Shown here: in pieces, positions 15,987-28,134 of the stretch
Numbering within the stretch: the stretch's first letter is position 1
How the letters are laid out: each line of letters opens with the position of its first letter
Assembly: GCA_964653055.1 (NCBI GenBank)
Contig: CAZZCA010000006.1
Coordinates: forward strand, 2,427-66,426
DNA length: 64,000 nucleotides
Source of the DNA: an uncultured Desulfobulbia bacterium
Lineage (GTDB): Bacteria > Desulfobacterota > Desulfobulbia > Desulfobulbales > SURF-16
Direction: 5' to 3'
Program-made: the position numbers and the translations under genes
The notes under the pieces: generated by a model
The model's input: the letters and a program-made list of their open reading frames with translations, nothing else
Database searches by the model: none
Told to the model about the DNA's origin: nothing

Positions 15987-18504
15987 TTTCTGTTTTTTCT
16001 TGTCCCTGATCAGGCTCCTGCCGCTCAGCCTCTTCCAGATCAGCCCCTTCCAGATCAGACCCTTCCACCTCGGATTCCGGAACCACTGCAACAGCAACCA
16101 CCTTTTCACCTTCCGCCAGGTTGAAGAGCTTGACCCCCTGGGTATTACGACCGATAATCCGCACTTTTTCCATCTTCATCCGGATAATCTTACCACCATC
16201 AGTAACCAGCATAACCTCATCTTCATCGGTAACCTGGCAGGCACCAACCACATTACCGTTCCGCTCACTGGGCTTAATGGCATAAACACCCTTGCCGCCC
16301 CTTCTGATCGCCCTGTAGTCGGCAACCGGACTGCGCTTGCCAAAACCGTTTTCCGTAACCACCAGGATAGACTTATCGCTGTCGATTACCACCGAGCCAA
16401 CCACCCGGTCATCATCAGCCAACCTGATTCCCCTGACTCCACTGGCCGTTCGGCCCATGGCCCGAATATCCTCTTCGGAAAACCGTACTGCCATCCCCTT
16501 ATGGGAAACAAGAAGAACATCGTTGTCGCCACTGGTAATTGCGGCTGAAATAATCTCGTCATCATCCCTGAGGCTCAGGGCAATTTTACCCTTGCGCAGG
16601 GGGCGGACAAATTCAGACAACACCGTCTTTTTAACCCGTCCCAGCCTGGTAACCATCATGATATAACATGCACCCTCACAGGAAAAATCACTAACCGGCA
16701 AAATAGCAGCCGGACTCTCGTCTTCATTCATCTGGAGAAGGTTGACCAGGGCCTTGCCCTTAGCGGTCCGACCAGAAAGAGGCAGCTCATAGACCTTACG
16801 CCAGAAGACCTTGCCGATATTGGAGAAAAAGAGGAAGGTATCGTGGGTGGAGGCAAGGTAGAGGCTGGTAACCACATCTTCACCTGTGGCACTGGCCCCC
16901 TTAACCCCCTTACCCCCATGTCGCTGGGAACGATACAGGTCAACAGAGTTACGTTTGATATAACCGGCATGGGTAACCGTTACCACCATCTCTTCCTGCT
17001 GGATAAGGTCTTCTGGCAGAATCTCTTCCGGTGCCTCAATTATTTCCGTACGCCGATCATCACCATATTGCTCAAGAATCTCCTGAAACTCGTCCCGGAT
17101 AATATCCATTACCAGTTTCTCGTCGGCTAAAACCTCTTTCAGCCAGGCTATTTTTTTTGTCAGCTCAGCAAATTCGTTAAGGATCTTGTCACGCTCAAGG
17201 CCGGTTAATTTCTGCAGGCGCATGTCCAGAATCGATTGGGCCTGAATCTCTGACAAACTAAAAGTTTCCCGCAATCCCTGCCTGGCCGCAGCCGGAGTTG
17301 GTGATTTTTTAATAAGATCCACAACCTCATCCAGGTTATCCAGAGCTATTTTCAGCCCCTCCAGGATATGAGCCCGGGCCTCTGCCTTCCGCAGATCATA
17401 AGCGGTTCGGCGATAAACCACGGTTTTACGGTGAAGTAGAAAATTTTCCAGAATCTGCTTAAGATTAAGAATCTCCGGCTTATTATTGACAATGCTTAAG
17501 AAAATAACGCCAAAGCTTTTCTGGAGCGGGGTCATCTTGTAGAGCTGATTCAAGACCACCTCGGCCATCTCGTCCTTTTTAAGATCAAGGACAATCCTCA
17601 TCCCGTGCCGATCTGATTCGTCCCGGATCTCTGAGATGGACTCTATTCTTTTTTCCTTCACCAGAAGGGCGATTTTCTCCACCAGCCTGGCCTTATTCTG
17701 CTGGTAGGGTATCTCGGTTACTACAATGGTCTCACGACCGGATTTCTTCTTTGTCTCAACATGGGTCCTGGCCCGTTGCAGAATCGAACCACGACCGGTC
17801 TCATAAGACGACCTTATCCCGGCCCGTCCACAGATAAAGGCGCCGGTGGGGAAATCAGGTCCCGTGATATGTTGAGCCAGATCGTTAACCGTGATATTTG
17901 GGTTATCGATCATGGCAATAAGGCCGTTCATCACCTCGGTTAGGTTGTGGGGGGGGATATTGGTTGCCATCCCAACGGCAATACCGGAAGAGCCATTAAT
18001 CAGAAGGTTTGGTATCTTGGTGGGAAAAACAAGAGGCTCGATAAGAGAGTTGTCGTATGTCGGAACGAAATCCACCGTATCCTTGTCCAGGTCAGCAATA
18101 ATCTCCTGGTCAAGCTTGGTCATCCGGGCCTCGGTATAACGCATGGCCGCCGGGGAATCACCGTCAATTGAACCGAAGTTACCCTGACCGTCCACCAGGG
18201 GATAACGCAGAGAAAAGTCCTGGGCCATCCGGACAATGGTATCATAGGCCGCAGTATCACCATGGGGGTGGTATTTACCGATAACATCACCAACGATACG
18301 GGCACTTTTAAGGTGGGGCCTATTATGATAATTGCTGAGCTCCCGCATGGCAAACAGGGCACGGCGGTGAACCGGTTTCAAGCCGTCCCGAACATCGGGT
18401 AAAGCCCGACCGATAATAACACTCATGGCGTAATCAAGGTACGACTTACGCAGCTCTTTCTCTATGGAGATAACCGGCTCTTTATTTTCTTTTTCTTCCG
18501 TCAT
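15979..18504 (-). CDS. gyrA: DNA gyrase subunit A
   Basis: 841 aa. [24 protein letters not shown] and AAMRYTE (catalytic Tyr region), C-terminal beta-pinwheel repeats, and an acidic tail. Confidence 0.97.
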   Translation of the reverse strand: MTEEKENKEPVISIEKELRKSYLDYAMSVIIGRALPDVRDGLKPVHRRALFAMRELSNYHNRPHLKSARIVGDVIGKYHPHGDTAAYDTIVRMAQDFSLRYPLVDGQGNFGSIDGDSPAAMRYTEARMTKLDQEIIADLDKDTVDFVPTYDNSLIEPLVFPTKIPNLLINGSSGIAVGMATNIPPHNLTEVMNGLIAMIDNPNITVNDLAQHITGPDFPTGAFICGRAGIRSSYETGRGSILQRARTHVETKKKSGRETIVVTEIPYQQNKARLVEKIALLVKEKRIESISEIRDESDRHGMRIVLDLKKDEMAEVVLNQLYKMTPLQKSFGVIFLSIVNNKPEILNLKQILENFLLHRKTVVYRRTAYDLRKAEARAHILEGLKIALDNLDEVVDLIKKSPTPAAARQGLRETFSLSEIQAQSILDMRLQKLTGLERDKILNEFAELTKKIAWLKEVLADEKLVMDIIRDEFQEILEQYGDDRRTEIIEAPEEILPEDLIQQEEMVVTVTHAGYIKRNSVDLYRSQRHGGKGVKGASATGEDVVTSLYLASTHDTFLFFSNIGKVFWRKVYELPLSGRTAKGKALVNLLQMNEDESPAAILPVSDFSCEGACYIMMVTRLGRVKKTVLSEFVRPLRKGKIALSLRDDDEIISAAITSGDNDVLLVSHKGMAVRFSEEDIRAMGRTASGVRGIRLADDDRVVGSVVIDSDKSILVVTENGFGKRSPVADYRAIRRGGKGVYAIKPSERNGNVVGACQVTDEDEVMLVTDGGKIIRMKMEKVRIIGRNTQGVKLFNLAEGEKVVAVAVVPESEVEGSDLEGADLEEAERQEPDQGQEKTENE
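16032..16061. repeat. Tandem 15-nt duplication inside the gyrA acidic tail
   Basis: cttccagatcagccc / cttccagatcagacc, followed by a partial third unit. On the minus strand it encodes [10 protein letters not shown]. Confidence 0.8.
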
Positions 18505-18520
18505 ATTTTTCTTCTTTATT

Positions 18521-18602
18521 GGCTTTTTCCGTGGTTAACCCGCTGTAATAGCCTAATGCCAGGTGAGTCATAACGATAATCTTTCTGGAACGGCATAAGT
18601 CA

Positions 18603-18604
<2 letters not shown>
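18521..18604. repeat. Intergenic element, copy A (gyrB-gyrA spacer)
   Basis: The left arm GGCTTTTTCCGTGGT and right arm ACGATAATCTTTCTGGAACGGCATAAGTCACT match copy B at 28856-28988. The 19-nt core TTTCTGGAACGGCATAAGT is identical. The two arms are partly complementary (10 of 12 positions pair, counting one G-U). Confidence 0.7.
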
Positions 18605-21047
<2,443 letters not shown>

Positions 21048-21051
21048 TTAT

Positions 21052-22173
21052 TTAAAGCTCCATGGGCATAATTATACTTATAAACCCTGGCTCGTCATCG
21101 GAACAGACCATACATGGTTTTCCCAAACCATTAATATGAACTCTTAATTTATCAGTGCTTAATGCCTGCATGGTTTCAACAAAATACTTACCATTAAAAC
21201 CCATGGTCATGGGATCACCCTGGTAATCAATATCCAGTTCTTCTCTGGCATTACCTATATCTAAACTCTGGGATGTTAAAGTAAGTTTATTGTTACCCAT
21301 CTCCCATTTAACCACATTATACTTTTCTTCGGTAAACAGATTCATTCTCCGCATGGAGTTCAATAATAGAACTCTTTCTATTTCAATGGAGTTATCTTTA
21401 TCAATAATATTTAACAGATTATTAAAATCAGGAAATTCACCGTTCATCAGACGAATAACAAGAATATCTTGATTATCTGCCAAAACCATCAGTTTTTCCA
21501 TAAAACCAAGGTTTATTTCTTCTTTACCCTCACAGAATTTTTTAATTTCCTGGGAACCATTTCGAGGAATAAGAGTATTCTTACTTATCTGGAAAAGGTT
21601 AAGTTCTTTATCTATCTTTTTTTCCATAAGAGATAAACGATGACCATCTGAAGAAACCATTCTTATGGTAGAATCTTCTAATTTTTCTATCAAAATTCCC
21701 GTTAATGTAAAATTACTCTCTTTATTGGAAGCAATAGAAAAAATTGTTTTATTAATAATATCTTTTAAATCGTTTGCTGGAAAAGAAGTTAAATTATCTT
21801 CATCGTAAACAGGAAAAGAAGGAAATTCTTCGCTTACCATACCAGCCAGATTATAATCGCTGGCTCCGGTGGTAATCTTTATCCAGTTATTTTCCTGAAC
21901 CTCAAAATGAATTTCATCTGATGAAGATTCTCTTAAAATTTCAAAAAGCTTCTTGGAGGGGATGGTTATCTTACCGGGAGAAATTATCTCGGAAGGAATG
22001 GTTTTTCTTATGCCTATTTCCAGATCAGTAGCTGTAATCTGAATAGAATCATTTAAGGTCTCAATGTGAATATTATTTAAAATAGCCAATGTACCTGTCT
22101 TGGAGGTAACATTTTGCACGGAGGCGAGAACGGACAGTATTTCATCTCTGCTTACGTTAAGAATAATAGACAT
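21052..22173 (-). CDS. dnaN: DNA polymerase III beta sliding clamp
   Basis: 373 aa with the three-domain clamp pattern (…LQITATDLEIGIR…, …MVSSDGHRLS…, …MGFNGKYFVETMQAL…, C-terminal PMEL). The composition is markedly AT-rich. Confidence 0.93.
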   Translation of the reverse strand: MSIILNVSRDEILSVLASVQNVTSKTGTLAILNNIHIETLNDSIQITATDLEIGIRKTIPSEIISPGKITIPSKKLFEILRESSSDEIHFEVQENNWIKITTGASDYNLAGMVSEEFPSFPVYDEDNLTSFPANDLKDIINKTIFSIASNKESNFTLTGILIEKLEDSTIRMVSSDGHRLSLMEKKIDKELNLFQISKNTLIPRNGSQEIKKFCEGKEEINLGFMEKLMVLADNQDILVIRLMNGEFPDFNNLLNIIDKDNSIEIERVLLLNSMRRMNLFTEEKYNVVKWEMGNNKLTLTSQSLDIGNAREELDIDYQGDPMTMGFNGKYFVETMQALSTDKLRVHINGLGKPCMVCSDDEPGFISIIMPMEL

Positions 22174-22477
22174 AAAAATACCTTCTGTGTTTTAAGATTT
22201 TTTTAATAAATTATTTTTTTATCTTCTTTTTATTTTTATTAAAGCTGTTAGTTTGTTTATAAGTAATATAACTATCTGATATGATTCTGTTTTTTTTAGA
22301 CAGATGTATGTTCTTAATTTCTTGTTTAGTTGGTTTTTTCTGTTTTCAACAGGTTTATAACAACGGGTTTTTAAAACATGTGTTAAAAATGATATTTTCA
22401 ACCTAATATCAAGTAGCAAGAATACTTTAAAAAGAAAAAAAAAACAATAAGATAATCAACATTAAAAGGCTCTGTAA
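22174..22477. other. 304-bp very AT-rich intergenic region upstream of dnaN (promoter region; possible origin-proximal DNA)
   Basis: Hand count of line 22201-22260 gives 7 G+C out of 60. Runs of A10 (22435-22444) and T8 are present, and TTTTCAAC occurs twice. It sits at a local switch of coding strand. I found no DnaA box with one mismatch or fewer. Confidence 0.3.
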
Positions 22478-23599
22478 GTGTCAGAAAAAAAAGAAAATTT
22501 TTCCTTTGAACCAGGCTTTGTTGAAGACCTGGATTCTTTACTTGTCCATGGAATAAATAATGATGTTTTTTCCGGGGTATGTGCCGGGGTATCCAGGTAT
22601 GAAAATGGCCTCTGGCATAATATAAATAAAAATAAGGGAAAAAACGGCCCTGCTGGCGCAAAAATAGATAAATATACTCTGATAGACCTGGCATCTCTTA
22701 CTAAGCCCCTGGCCACCACCCTGGCAATTATAAATTTGATTACGGAAAAAAGGATAAGCCTGAATGATTTTCTGGGTGATCTTTTAGTATCATCTAACCC
22801 TGCCCATAAAAAAATTAAAATATCTCATCTTTTAAATCATTGTTCAGGCCTGCCAGCCCATGCTGATTATTATAAAAAACTCATTTACCTGCCCCTTAAC
22901 GAAAGAAAAGAGGCCTTGTTTGATATGGTTGTTTCGGAAAAACCACTGGCCAGTGCGGGTGAAAAAGAAATTTACAGTGACATTGGTTTTATTCTGCTGG
23001 CAATGGTTGTGGAAAAATTTGGAGAGATGGCTCTTGATAGGTTTATCCGTAAAAAGGTAATGGAGCCCATTGGTTATGCTGATAAAATATTATTCAACCC
23101 ACCAGGGGATGATCATGATTTTCTGGTAACAGGCAGGTGTCTGTGGCAGGATAAAGAATTGGCCGGAGAGGTTCATGATGACAACACCAGGGCAATTGGA
23201 GGGGTAAGTGGTCAGGCCGGGTTGTTTGCTCCGGTAACGGCAGTTATGGGCCTTTGTGCGTATCTTCTCGATATGGTGAAGGGGCGGAAAACCCATCCCT
23301 TTATCGATGGGAACCTGCTGGCTGAGTTCTGGCAGCGGCAAGACATGGTAAAGGGCAGCAGTTGGGCCCTTGGATTTGATACCCCCTCTGCTGGTTATTC
23401 TTCAGCTGGTGATTACCTAAGTGAAAAAAGTGTGGGTCATCTCGGTTTTACCGGAACCTCTTTCTGGATAGACCCCACCAGGGAACTGGTAATGGTTCTA
23501 CTGACCAACCGGGTTCTTGGGGGTCGGAAAAATAATAAGATAAAAGATTACCGGCCCCTGTTTCACAATACTATTTTTAAGTCTCTTGGCCTGAATTGA
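22478..23599 (+). CDS. Serine hydrolase (beta-lactamase / PBP4*-like family)
   Basis: 373 aa with a GTG start. The SxxK motif lies in DLASLTKPLATTLAI, with a YSD/YxN-like IYSDIGF and HLGFTGTSFWIDP (the [KH]-[ST]-G box). Confidence 0.8.
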   Translation: MSEKKENFSFEPGFVEDLDSLLVHGINNDVFSGVCAGVSRYENGLWHNINKNKGKNGPAGAKIDKYTLIDLASLTKPLATTLAIINLITEKRISLNDFLGDLLVSSNPAHKKIKISHLLNHCSGLPAHADYYKKLIYLPLNERKEALFDMVVSEKPLASAGEKEIYSDIGFILLAMVVEKFGEMALDRFIRKKVMEPIGYADKILFNPPGDDHDFLVTGRCLWQDKELAGEVHDDNTRAIGGVSGQAGLFAPVTAVMGLCAYLLDMVKGRKTHPFIDGNLLAEFWQRQDMVKGSSWALGFDTPSAGYSSAGDYLSEKSVGHLGFTGTSFWIDPTRELVMVLLTNRVLGGRKNNKIKDYRPLFHNTIFKSLGLN

Positions 23600-24704
23600 C
23601 TCCCTTTTTTTCGGGAAACATATCAAGAATGGCATCTCTATTGGGGGCAACCACCCCTCTTTCCGTGATCAGACCGCTTATCAGGCGGGCAGGGGTTACA
23701 TCAAACCCGTAATTTGCCGCATTGGTATGGTCCGGAGAAATCTGGACGGTTTCCAGTCGATTGTCATCGGTTATTCCCGATATCTTCAAGACCTCTTCCG
23801 CTGATCTCTGTTCGATGGGGATGGTAAGGCCATCTTCAATCTGCCAGTCAAAGGTTGAAGAGGGCAGAGCTACATAAAAGGGAATTTTATTGTCAAAGGC
23901 GGCCAGGGCTTTCAGGTAGGTTCCTATTTTATTGGCCACATCTCCGGTAAAAGTGGTGCGATCGGTGCCGACAATTACCAGGTCAACCTTACCGTGCTGC
24001 ATCAGGTGGCCGCCGGTATTATCCGAAATAAGGGTGTGTGCTACCCCTTCCTCTTTAAGCTCCCAGGTGGTTAATTTGGCCCCCTGCAGCCATGGTCTGG
24101 TTTCATCCACCCAGACATGAACCTTAACCCCTGCATGGTGGGCGGCATAAACAGGGGCGGTGGCGGATCCGTAATCAACAAAGGCCAGCCAGCCGGCATT
24201 ACAGTGGGTAAGGATATTTACCGGTTTTCCGTTTTTGCTCTCTGATATTTTTTTGATCAGCTCAAGACCGTGCTGGCCGATTTTTTTACAGAAGCTGGCG
24301 TCCTCGTCAGCAATGGCGCAGGCTGTGGCAAAAGATGTTTTAATTTTGTCATTAATTGATTCTGCCCCGGCCATGGCTGTTAATTGACGGTCTATGGCCC
24401 AGGAAAGGTTTTTGGCAGTTGGTCTGGTTGAGCGGATCTGATCGGCATATTTCTGGATGTCAGAATCAAAGTTTTTAGTTGAGGCGGCAAGGCTTGCCCG
24501 GAACATGGCAAAGCCGGCAGTTGCCCCGATGAGGCCGGCGCCCCGGACATGCATCTCGGAAATTGCCAGGGCAAAGTCGTTAACTTCGGCAAGATCCTCT
24601 ATAATAAACCTGTGGGGAAGGTGACGCTGGTCGATGATCTGGATGATCTCCTGGTTTTCAGGGTCGGGCCAGATGGTACGATAATGTTTGTTGTTGATGA
24701 GCAT
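23577..24704 (-). CDS. mtnA: S-methyl-5-thioribose-1-phosphate isomerase (eIF-2B alpha/beta/delta-like family)
   Basis: MLINNKHYRTIWPDPENQEIIQIIDQRHLPHRFIIEDL..., VIVGTDRTTFTGDVANKIGTY. I chose the start at M12 of the listed ORF. The 3' end overlaps the convergent serine-hydrolase gene by 23 nt. Confidence 0.8.
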   Translation of the reverse strand: MLINNKHYRTIWPDPENQEIIQIIDQRHLPHRFIIEDLAEVNDFALAISEMHVRGAGLIGATAGFAMFRASLAASTKNFDSDIQKYADQIRSTRPTAKNLSWAIDRQLTAMAGAESINDKIKTSFATACAIADEDASFCKKIGQHGLELIKKISESKNGKPVNILTHCNAGWLAFVDYGSATAPVYAAHHAGVKVHVWVDETRPWLQGAKLTTWELKEEGVAHTLISDNTGGHLMQHGKVDLVIVGTDRTTFTGDVANKIGTYLKALAAFDNKIPFYVALPSSTFDWQIEDGLTIPIEQRSAEEVLKISGITDDNRLETVQISPDHTNAANYGFDVTPARLISGLITERGVVAPNRDAILDMFPEKKGVNSGQET

Positions 24705-24737
24705 TGTAAAAATCCTGTTTTGAATTATTTGATACAA

Positions 24738-24765
24738 TGAACCCTACTATTAATCATAGGGTTCA
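24738..24765. promoter_or_regulatory. Perfect 9-bp inverted repeat (TGAACCCTA-N10-TAGGGTTCA) upstream of mtnA
   Basis: Read directly: tgaacccta ctattaatca tagggttca. It lies 34 nt upstream of the chosen mtnA start. Confidence 0.5.
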
Positions 24766-24808
24766 GCATTAAAAGATAATACCACCAGGCCTTATATTAA
24801 ATCCTCAT

Positions 24809-24836
24809 GTTATCCTGTTTTGTTATAGTTATCCTG
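24809..24836. promoter_or_regulatory. Direct repeat GTTATCCTG x2 (19-nt period) in the mtnA/comF divergent region
   Basis: gttatcctg at 24809-24817 and 24828-24836, with gttatag between them. The second copy ends 16 nt before the comF TTG start. Confidence 0.4.
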
Positions 24837-24852
24837 GTCCCGGGAGTCTGGT

Positions 24853-25575
24853 TTGAAGAAAATTGATAAAAAAAGTTTTTTTGTAACCGCCCTCAGGGAC
24901 CTCTGTTTTCCCCCCCGTTGCCTTGGTTGCGCTGGTGCGCCCCTGTCATCTTCTTTTCTTTTGTGTTCGGCCTGTTACGAAGATCTTCGCTTCTGTCGGG
25001 AGCCCTTATGTCCTCGTTGCGGCCAGGTGTTTATTACCGGAACCGGGGGAAATCGCCTTTGCGGTATCTGTCTGCAGGACAGCTGGAAATTTTCCCGGGC
25101 CAGGTCACTTCTGGTCTATGAAAATATTGGAGCGAAGATGATCCAGGCCTTAAAATACAGCCGGTTGACGGCGGGCAGGACAACTTTTAGCCGGCTGTGG
25201 GCAGAGGTAGGGCCGTGGCATGAGCTTGATCAGCCGGACCTGGTGATAGCGGTTCCTCTTCATGTCTCCCGTTTGCGGCAGCGCGGATTTAACCAGGCCC
25301 TCTGGCTGGCCCGGTTGTTGTTTGCCTGTTTTGAAATAAGAACAGATATCCTGGAGCGGGTTAATGCCACCAGGCCCCAGACTGGTTTGAGCGGGGGAGA
25401 GCGGCGGCGGAATTTGAAAGGTGCGTTCAGGGTTAATGGGCCGGATTTGGCCGGTAAAAAGGTTTTATTGGTTGACGATGTTTTTACCACCGGAACCACG
25501 GTGAACGAATGTGCCCGGGTTTTGAGGGGGGCTGGGGCAGGTGGGGTGGATGTTTTTACCCTGGCCCGGGCTTAA
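24853..25575 (+). CDS. comF: ComF-family phosphoribosyltransferase-like protein
   Basis: N-terminal double Cys cluster (CLGCAG...CSACYEDL...CPRCG...CGIC) and a PRTase motif VLLVDDVFTTGTTVNE. TTG start 6 nt after GGGAG. Confidence 0.8.
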   Translation: MKKIDKKSFFVTALRDLCFPPRCLGCAGAPLSSSFLLCSACYEDLRFCREPLCPRCGQVFITGTGGNRLCGICLQDSWKFSRARSLLVYENIGAKMIQALKYSRLTAGRTTFSRLWAEVGPWHELDQPDLVIAVPLHVSRLRQRGFNQALWLARLLFACFEIRTDILERVNATRPQTGLSGGERRRNLKGAFRVNGPDLAGKKVLLVDDVFTTGTTVNECARVLRGAGAGGVDVFTLARA

Positions 25576-25586
25576 GCCCCCTCAGC

Positions 25587-27188
25587 TTAAAGAACCGTAT
25601 CATGGCCCCAATTGGCATCGTCGGTTTCAGGGTAGTCCACGGTGTAATGAAGGCCCCGTGATTCCTTGCGGGTAAGGGCGCATTTAATAATCAGGTCTGC
25701 CACCAGTGCGATATTGCGCAGTTCAATCAGGTCCGGGGTAAGCAGGTAATCGCGGTAATGTTCCCGGATCTCCTGGTGGATGATGGCCATTTTTTTCTGA
25801 ACCAGGTTGAGTCTTTTTTCAGAGCGGACAATCCCCACATAATTCCACATCAATCTTCTGATCTGGTCCCAGTTATGGCTGATCAGAACACATTCTTCAA
25901 TTCTTTCGGCCCGGCCGGAGGACCAGGGCGGTGGTTCAATAAAGGGAGTCCGGGATATCCTGGGCCAGTCTTTCCGGCATTGACAAAAGGCCTGGTGGGC
26001 AAAAACCACGGCCTCCAGGAGGGAATTACTGGCCAGCCGGTTACCGCCATGCAACCCGGTACAGGCTGTTTCACCAAAGGCATAGAGGTTGGCCAGGTTG
26101 GTTCGGCCCATGATATCGGTTACTACCCCACCGCACATATAGTGGGCTGCCGGCACCACAGGGATTGGTTCCCGGGTGATATCCATCCCCAGGGAGAGAC
26201 AGGTTTTATAAATATTGGGAAATCTGTTCCTGATAAAATCAGCAGACCGGTGACTAATATCCAGAAAGACCGAGTCATCACCACTGGCCTTCATCTCAGT
26301 GTCAATGGCTCGAGCCACGGTATCCCTGGTGGCGAGCGAGCCCCTGGGGTCATATTTGTCCATAAAGGTTTCACCGTGCCGGTTAACCAGCTTGCCACCT
26401 TCACCGCGGACGGCTTCAGAGATCAGAAAGTTTTTGGTTTGGGGATGATAGAGGCAGGTGGGGTGAAACTGGACAAATTCCAGATTGGCAACTTGAGCTC
26501 CGGCCCGGTGGGCCATGGCGATTCCGTCACCGGTGGCAATGTCCGGGTTGGTGGTGTACAGATAAACCTTGCCGGTACCACCGGAACAGAGAACAGTGGT
26601 TCGGGCCAGATAGGGGTTAATGGAATTATCTTCCCGGTCAAGGACAAAGGCACCGAGACAGCGGTCCCGGCCGGAAGAATCCGGAGAAATACCGGCCTGG
26701 GAGGCGATGAGCAGGTCAACCGCCAGGTGGTTTTCCAGAACCGTGATATTGGGGTTGTTGCCCACCTGCTGTAAAAGGCTGTTTTCGATCTCTTTTCCGG
26801 TAAGATCCTTGGCATGGGCGATGCGGCGGGCGGAATGGCCGCCCTCCCGGCCCAGGTCAAGATGGGATGAACCCTGGCTGCTGCCGGTAAATGATACCCC
26901 CAGGTCGATTAATTCTTTGATCCGGCGGGGACCGTTTTCCACCACCAGTTTGACCACATCCTGGTGGCAGAGCCCGGCCCCGGCGGTGAGAGTGTCTTGA
27001 ATGTGGAGGTCAAAGGAATCATCGTCTGACAGGACAGCGGCAATTCCCCCCTGGGCCAGGTTGGTTGCGGTATCAACCTTGGCTTTTTTTGTGATAATGG
27101 TAACTTTGCCCAGCCGGGCCGCCTTCAGGGCATAGGAAAGGCCGGAAATTCCGCTGCCTATAATGAGAAAATCAGTAGTGTATGACAT
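25587..27188 (-). CDS. nadB: L-aspartate oxidase
   Basis: 533 aa. FAD-binding DFLIIGSGISGLSYA, with HPTCL and RGEGG blocks typical of NadB/succinate dehydrogenase flavoproteins. Confidence 0.93.
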   Translation of the reverse strand: MSYTTDFLIIGSGISGLSYALKAARLGKVTIITKKAKVDTATNLAQGGIAAVLSDDDSFDLHIQDTLTAGAGLCHQDVVKLVVENGPRRIKELIDLGVSFTGSSQGSSHLDLGREGGHSARRIAHAKDLTGKEIENSLLQQVGNNPNITVLENHLAVDLLIASQAGISPDSSGRDRCLGAFVLDREDNSINPYLARTTVLCSGGTGKVYLYTTNPDIATGDGIAMAHRAGAQVANLEFVQFHPTCLYHPQTKNFLISEAVRGEGGKLVNRHGETFMDKYDPRGSLATRDTVARAIDTEMKASGDDSVFLDISHRSADFIRNRFPNIYKTCLSLGMDITREPIPVVPAAHYMCGGVVTDIMGRTNLANLYAFGETACTGLHGGNRLASNSLLEAVVFAHQAFCQCRKDWPRISRTPFIEPPPWSSGRAERIEECVLISHNWDQIRRLMWNYVGIVRSEKRLNLVQKKMAIIHQEIREHYRDYLLTPDLIELRNIALVADLIIKCALTRKESRGLHYTVDYPETDDANWGHDTVL

Positions 27189-27258
27189 TGTTTTTTTTAA
27201 ATAATTCCGCTACATTTACTCATATTTTCCGGGTGAAAATTTTCTTAAAGGTAATGAA

Positions 27259-27894
27259 ATGAATCGGATAAAGCTTGTAATTTTTGATTGCGACGGGGTG
27301 ATGTTTGACTCCAAAGACGCCAACAGGATGTATTATAATCATATCCTTGAGGCCATGGGTCGTCCACCCATGACCGAAAAGGAAGTTGATTACGTTCATA
27401 TCCATAATGTCATGGATTCGGTTCGTTATATTCTGCGTAAATATCCGGAAGACATCCCCAGGGCTGATGAGTATCGCCAGGAGGTTGATTACCAGCCCTT
27501 CCTCCGTTACATGAACATGGAAGATGGACTTGTTGATTTCCTCAATTTTCTGCTTGATGATTACGAGCTGGCCATCAGCACCAACCGAACCAATACCATG
27601 GAGTCGATTCTTGCCATGTTTAACCTTTCCGATTATTTCCCCAAGGTGATGACGGCAATGAACTCACCCAGACCCAAGCCCCACCCGGACGCGCTTCTGG
27701 AGATTCTCGATCATTACGGGCGTCGGGTTGAGGAAGCGATTTATATTGGGGATTCGATCATCGACCAGGAACATGCCGCCAGTGCCGGTATGGACCTTAT
27801 CGCCTTTAAAAATCCGGAACTGAAGGCGGCATACCATGTGAACTCTTTTCATGAGGTTTCCGCCCTGCCCCTGTTTTCCAAACAACCAGGTTAA
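27259..27894 (+). CDS. HAD-IA family phosphatase
   Basis: VIFDCDGVMFDS (DxDx motif I), ISTNR (motif II) and YIGDSIIDQEHAASAG (motif IV). Confidence 0.8.
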   Translation: MNRIKLVIFDCDGVMFDSKDANRMYYNHILEAMGRPPMTEKEVDYVHIHNVMDSVRYILRKYPEDIPRADEYRQEVDYQPFLRYMNMEDGLVDFLNFLLDDYELAISTNRTNTMESILAMFNLSDYFPKVMTAMNSPRPKPHPDALLEILDHYGRRVEEAIYIGDSIIDQEHAASAGMDLIAFKNPELKAAYHVNSFHEVSALPLFSKQPG

Positions 27895-28133
27895 TGATGG
27901 TGGTGATGATGGTGGCCTTCTTTTGCTCCCCCAAGTAGTTCCAGGGCATGACCCAGGGCGTGATCTGCCTCTTTCATGGCCTTAAGGGCCTTGTCGATCT
28001 GCTCCGCCGCTTCCCCTGCCCCCTGGTCTTTGCAGACATCCTGCCATTTGTCGAATTCAGCCTGATGACTGTGGCTGTGTTCGATCCAGTGGGGCAGCAG
28101 AATTCTTAATTTGTCTAACTGATCGTGGGTCAT
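27891..28133 (-). CDS. cooJ: CooJ-like histidine-rich nickel metallochaperone
   Basis: 80-aa protein that looks helical by eye. HWIEHSHSH (28065-28091) fits the H-(W/F)-X2-H-X3-H Ni site reported for R. rubrum CooJ, and the C-terminus is GHHHHHHH. It starts 1 nt after the stop of the cooT-like gene. Confidence 0.6.
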   Translation of the reverse strand: MTHDQLDKLRILLPHWIEHSHSHQAEFDKWQDVCKDQGAGEAAEQIDKALKAMKEADHALGHALELLGGAKEGHHHHHHH

Positions 28134-28134
28134 T

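Noticed and set aside
15987-16109. ORF extension encoding [13 protein letters not shown] upstream of gpsA.
   Set aside because: It is the gyrA acidic-tail tandem repeat read in another frame. gpsA starts at the conserved [14 protein letters not shown].
18585-18600. Sigma-54 promoter reading of the repeat core (CTGGAACGGCATAAGT in copies A and B; also TGGCACCTTTGACGA at 28945-28959 in copy B).
   Set aside because: The -24 GG is present, but there is no GC/TTGC element at the required -12 spacing in either sequence.
22174-22477. Canonical DnaA boxes and a confident oriC call.
   Set aside because: The best 9-mers have two or more mismatches to TTATCCACA and dnaA is not adjacent. I kept this only as a low-confidence candidate pending GC-skew analysis.
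25758-26774. 338-aa + strand ORF inside nadB. Similar long antisense ORFs occur at 29406-30422 (in hisS), 31129-31998 (in aspS), 38430-39173 (in the porin gene), 4672-5325 (in lgt), 834-1481 (in the FG-GAP gene) and 54585-55340 and 57374-58096 (in the kinases).
   Set aside because: These are shadow ORFs opposite well-supported genes. Their translations are low-complexity (G/P/R/H-rich) with no recognisable motifs.
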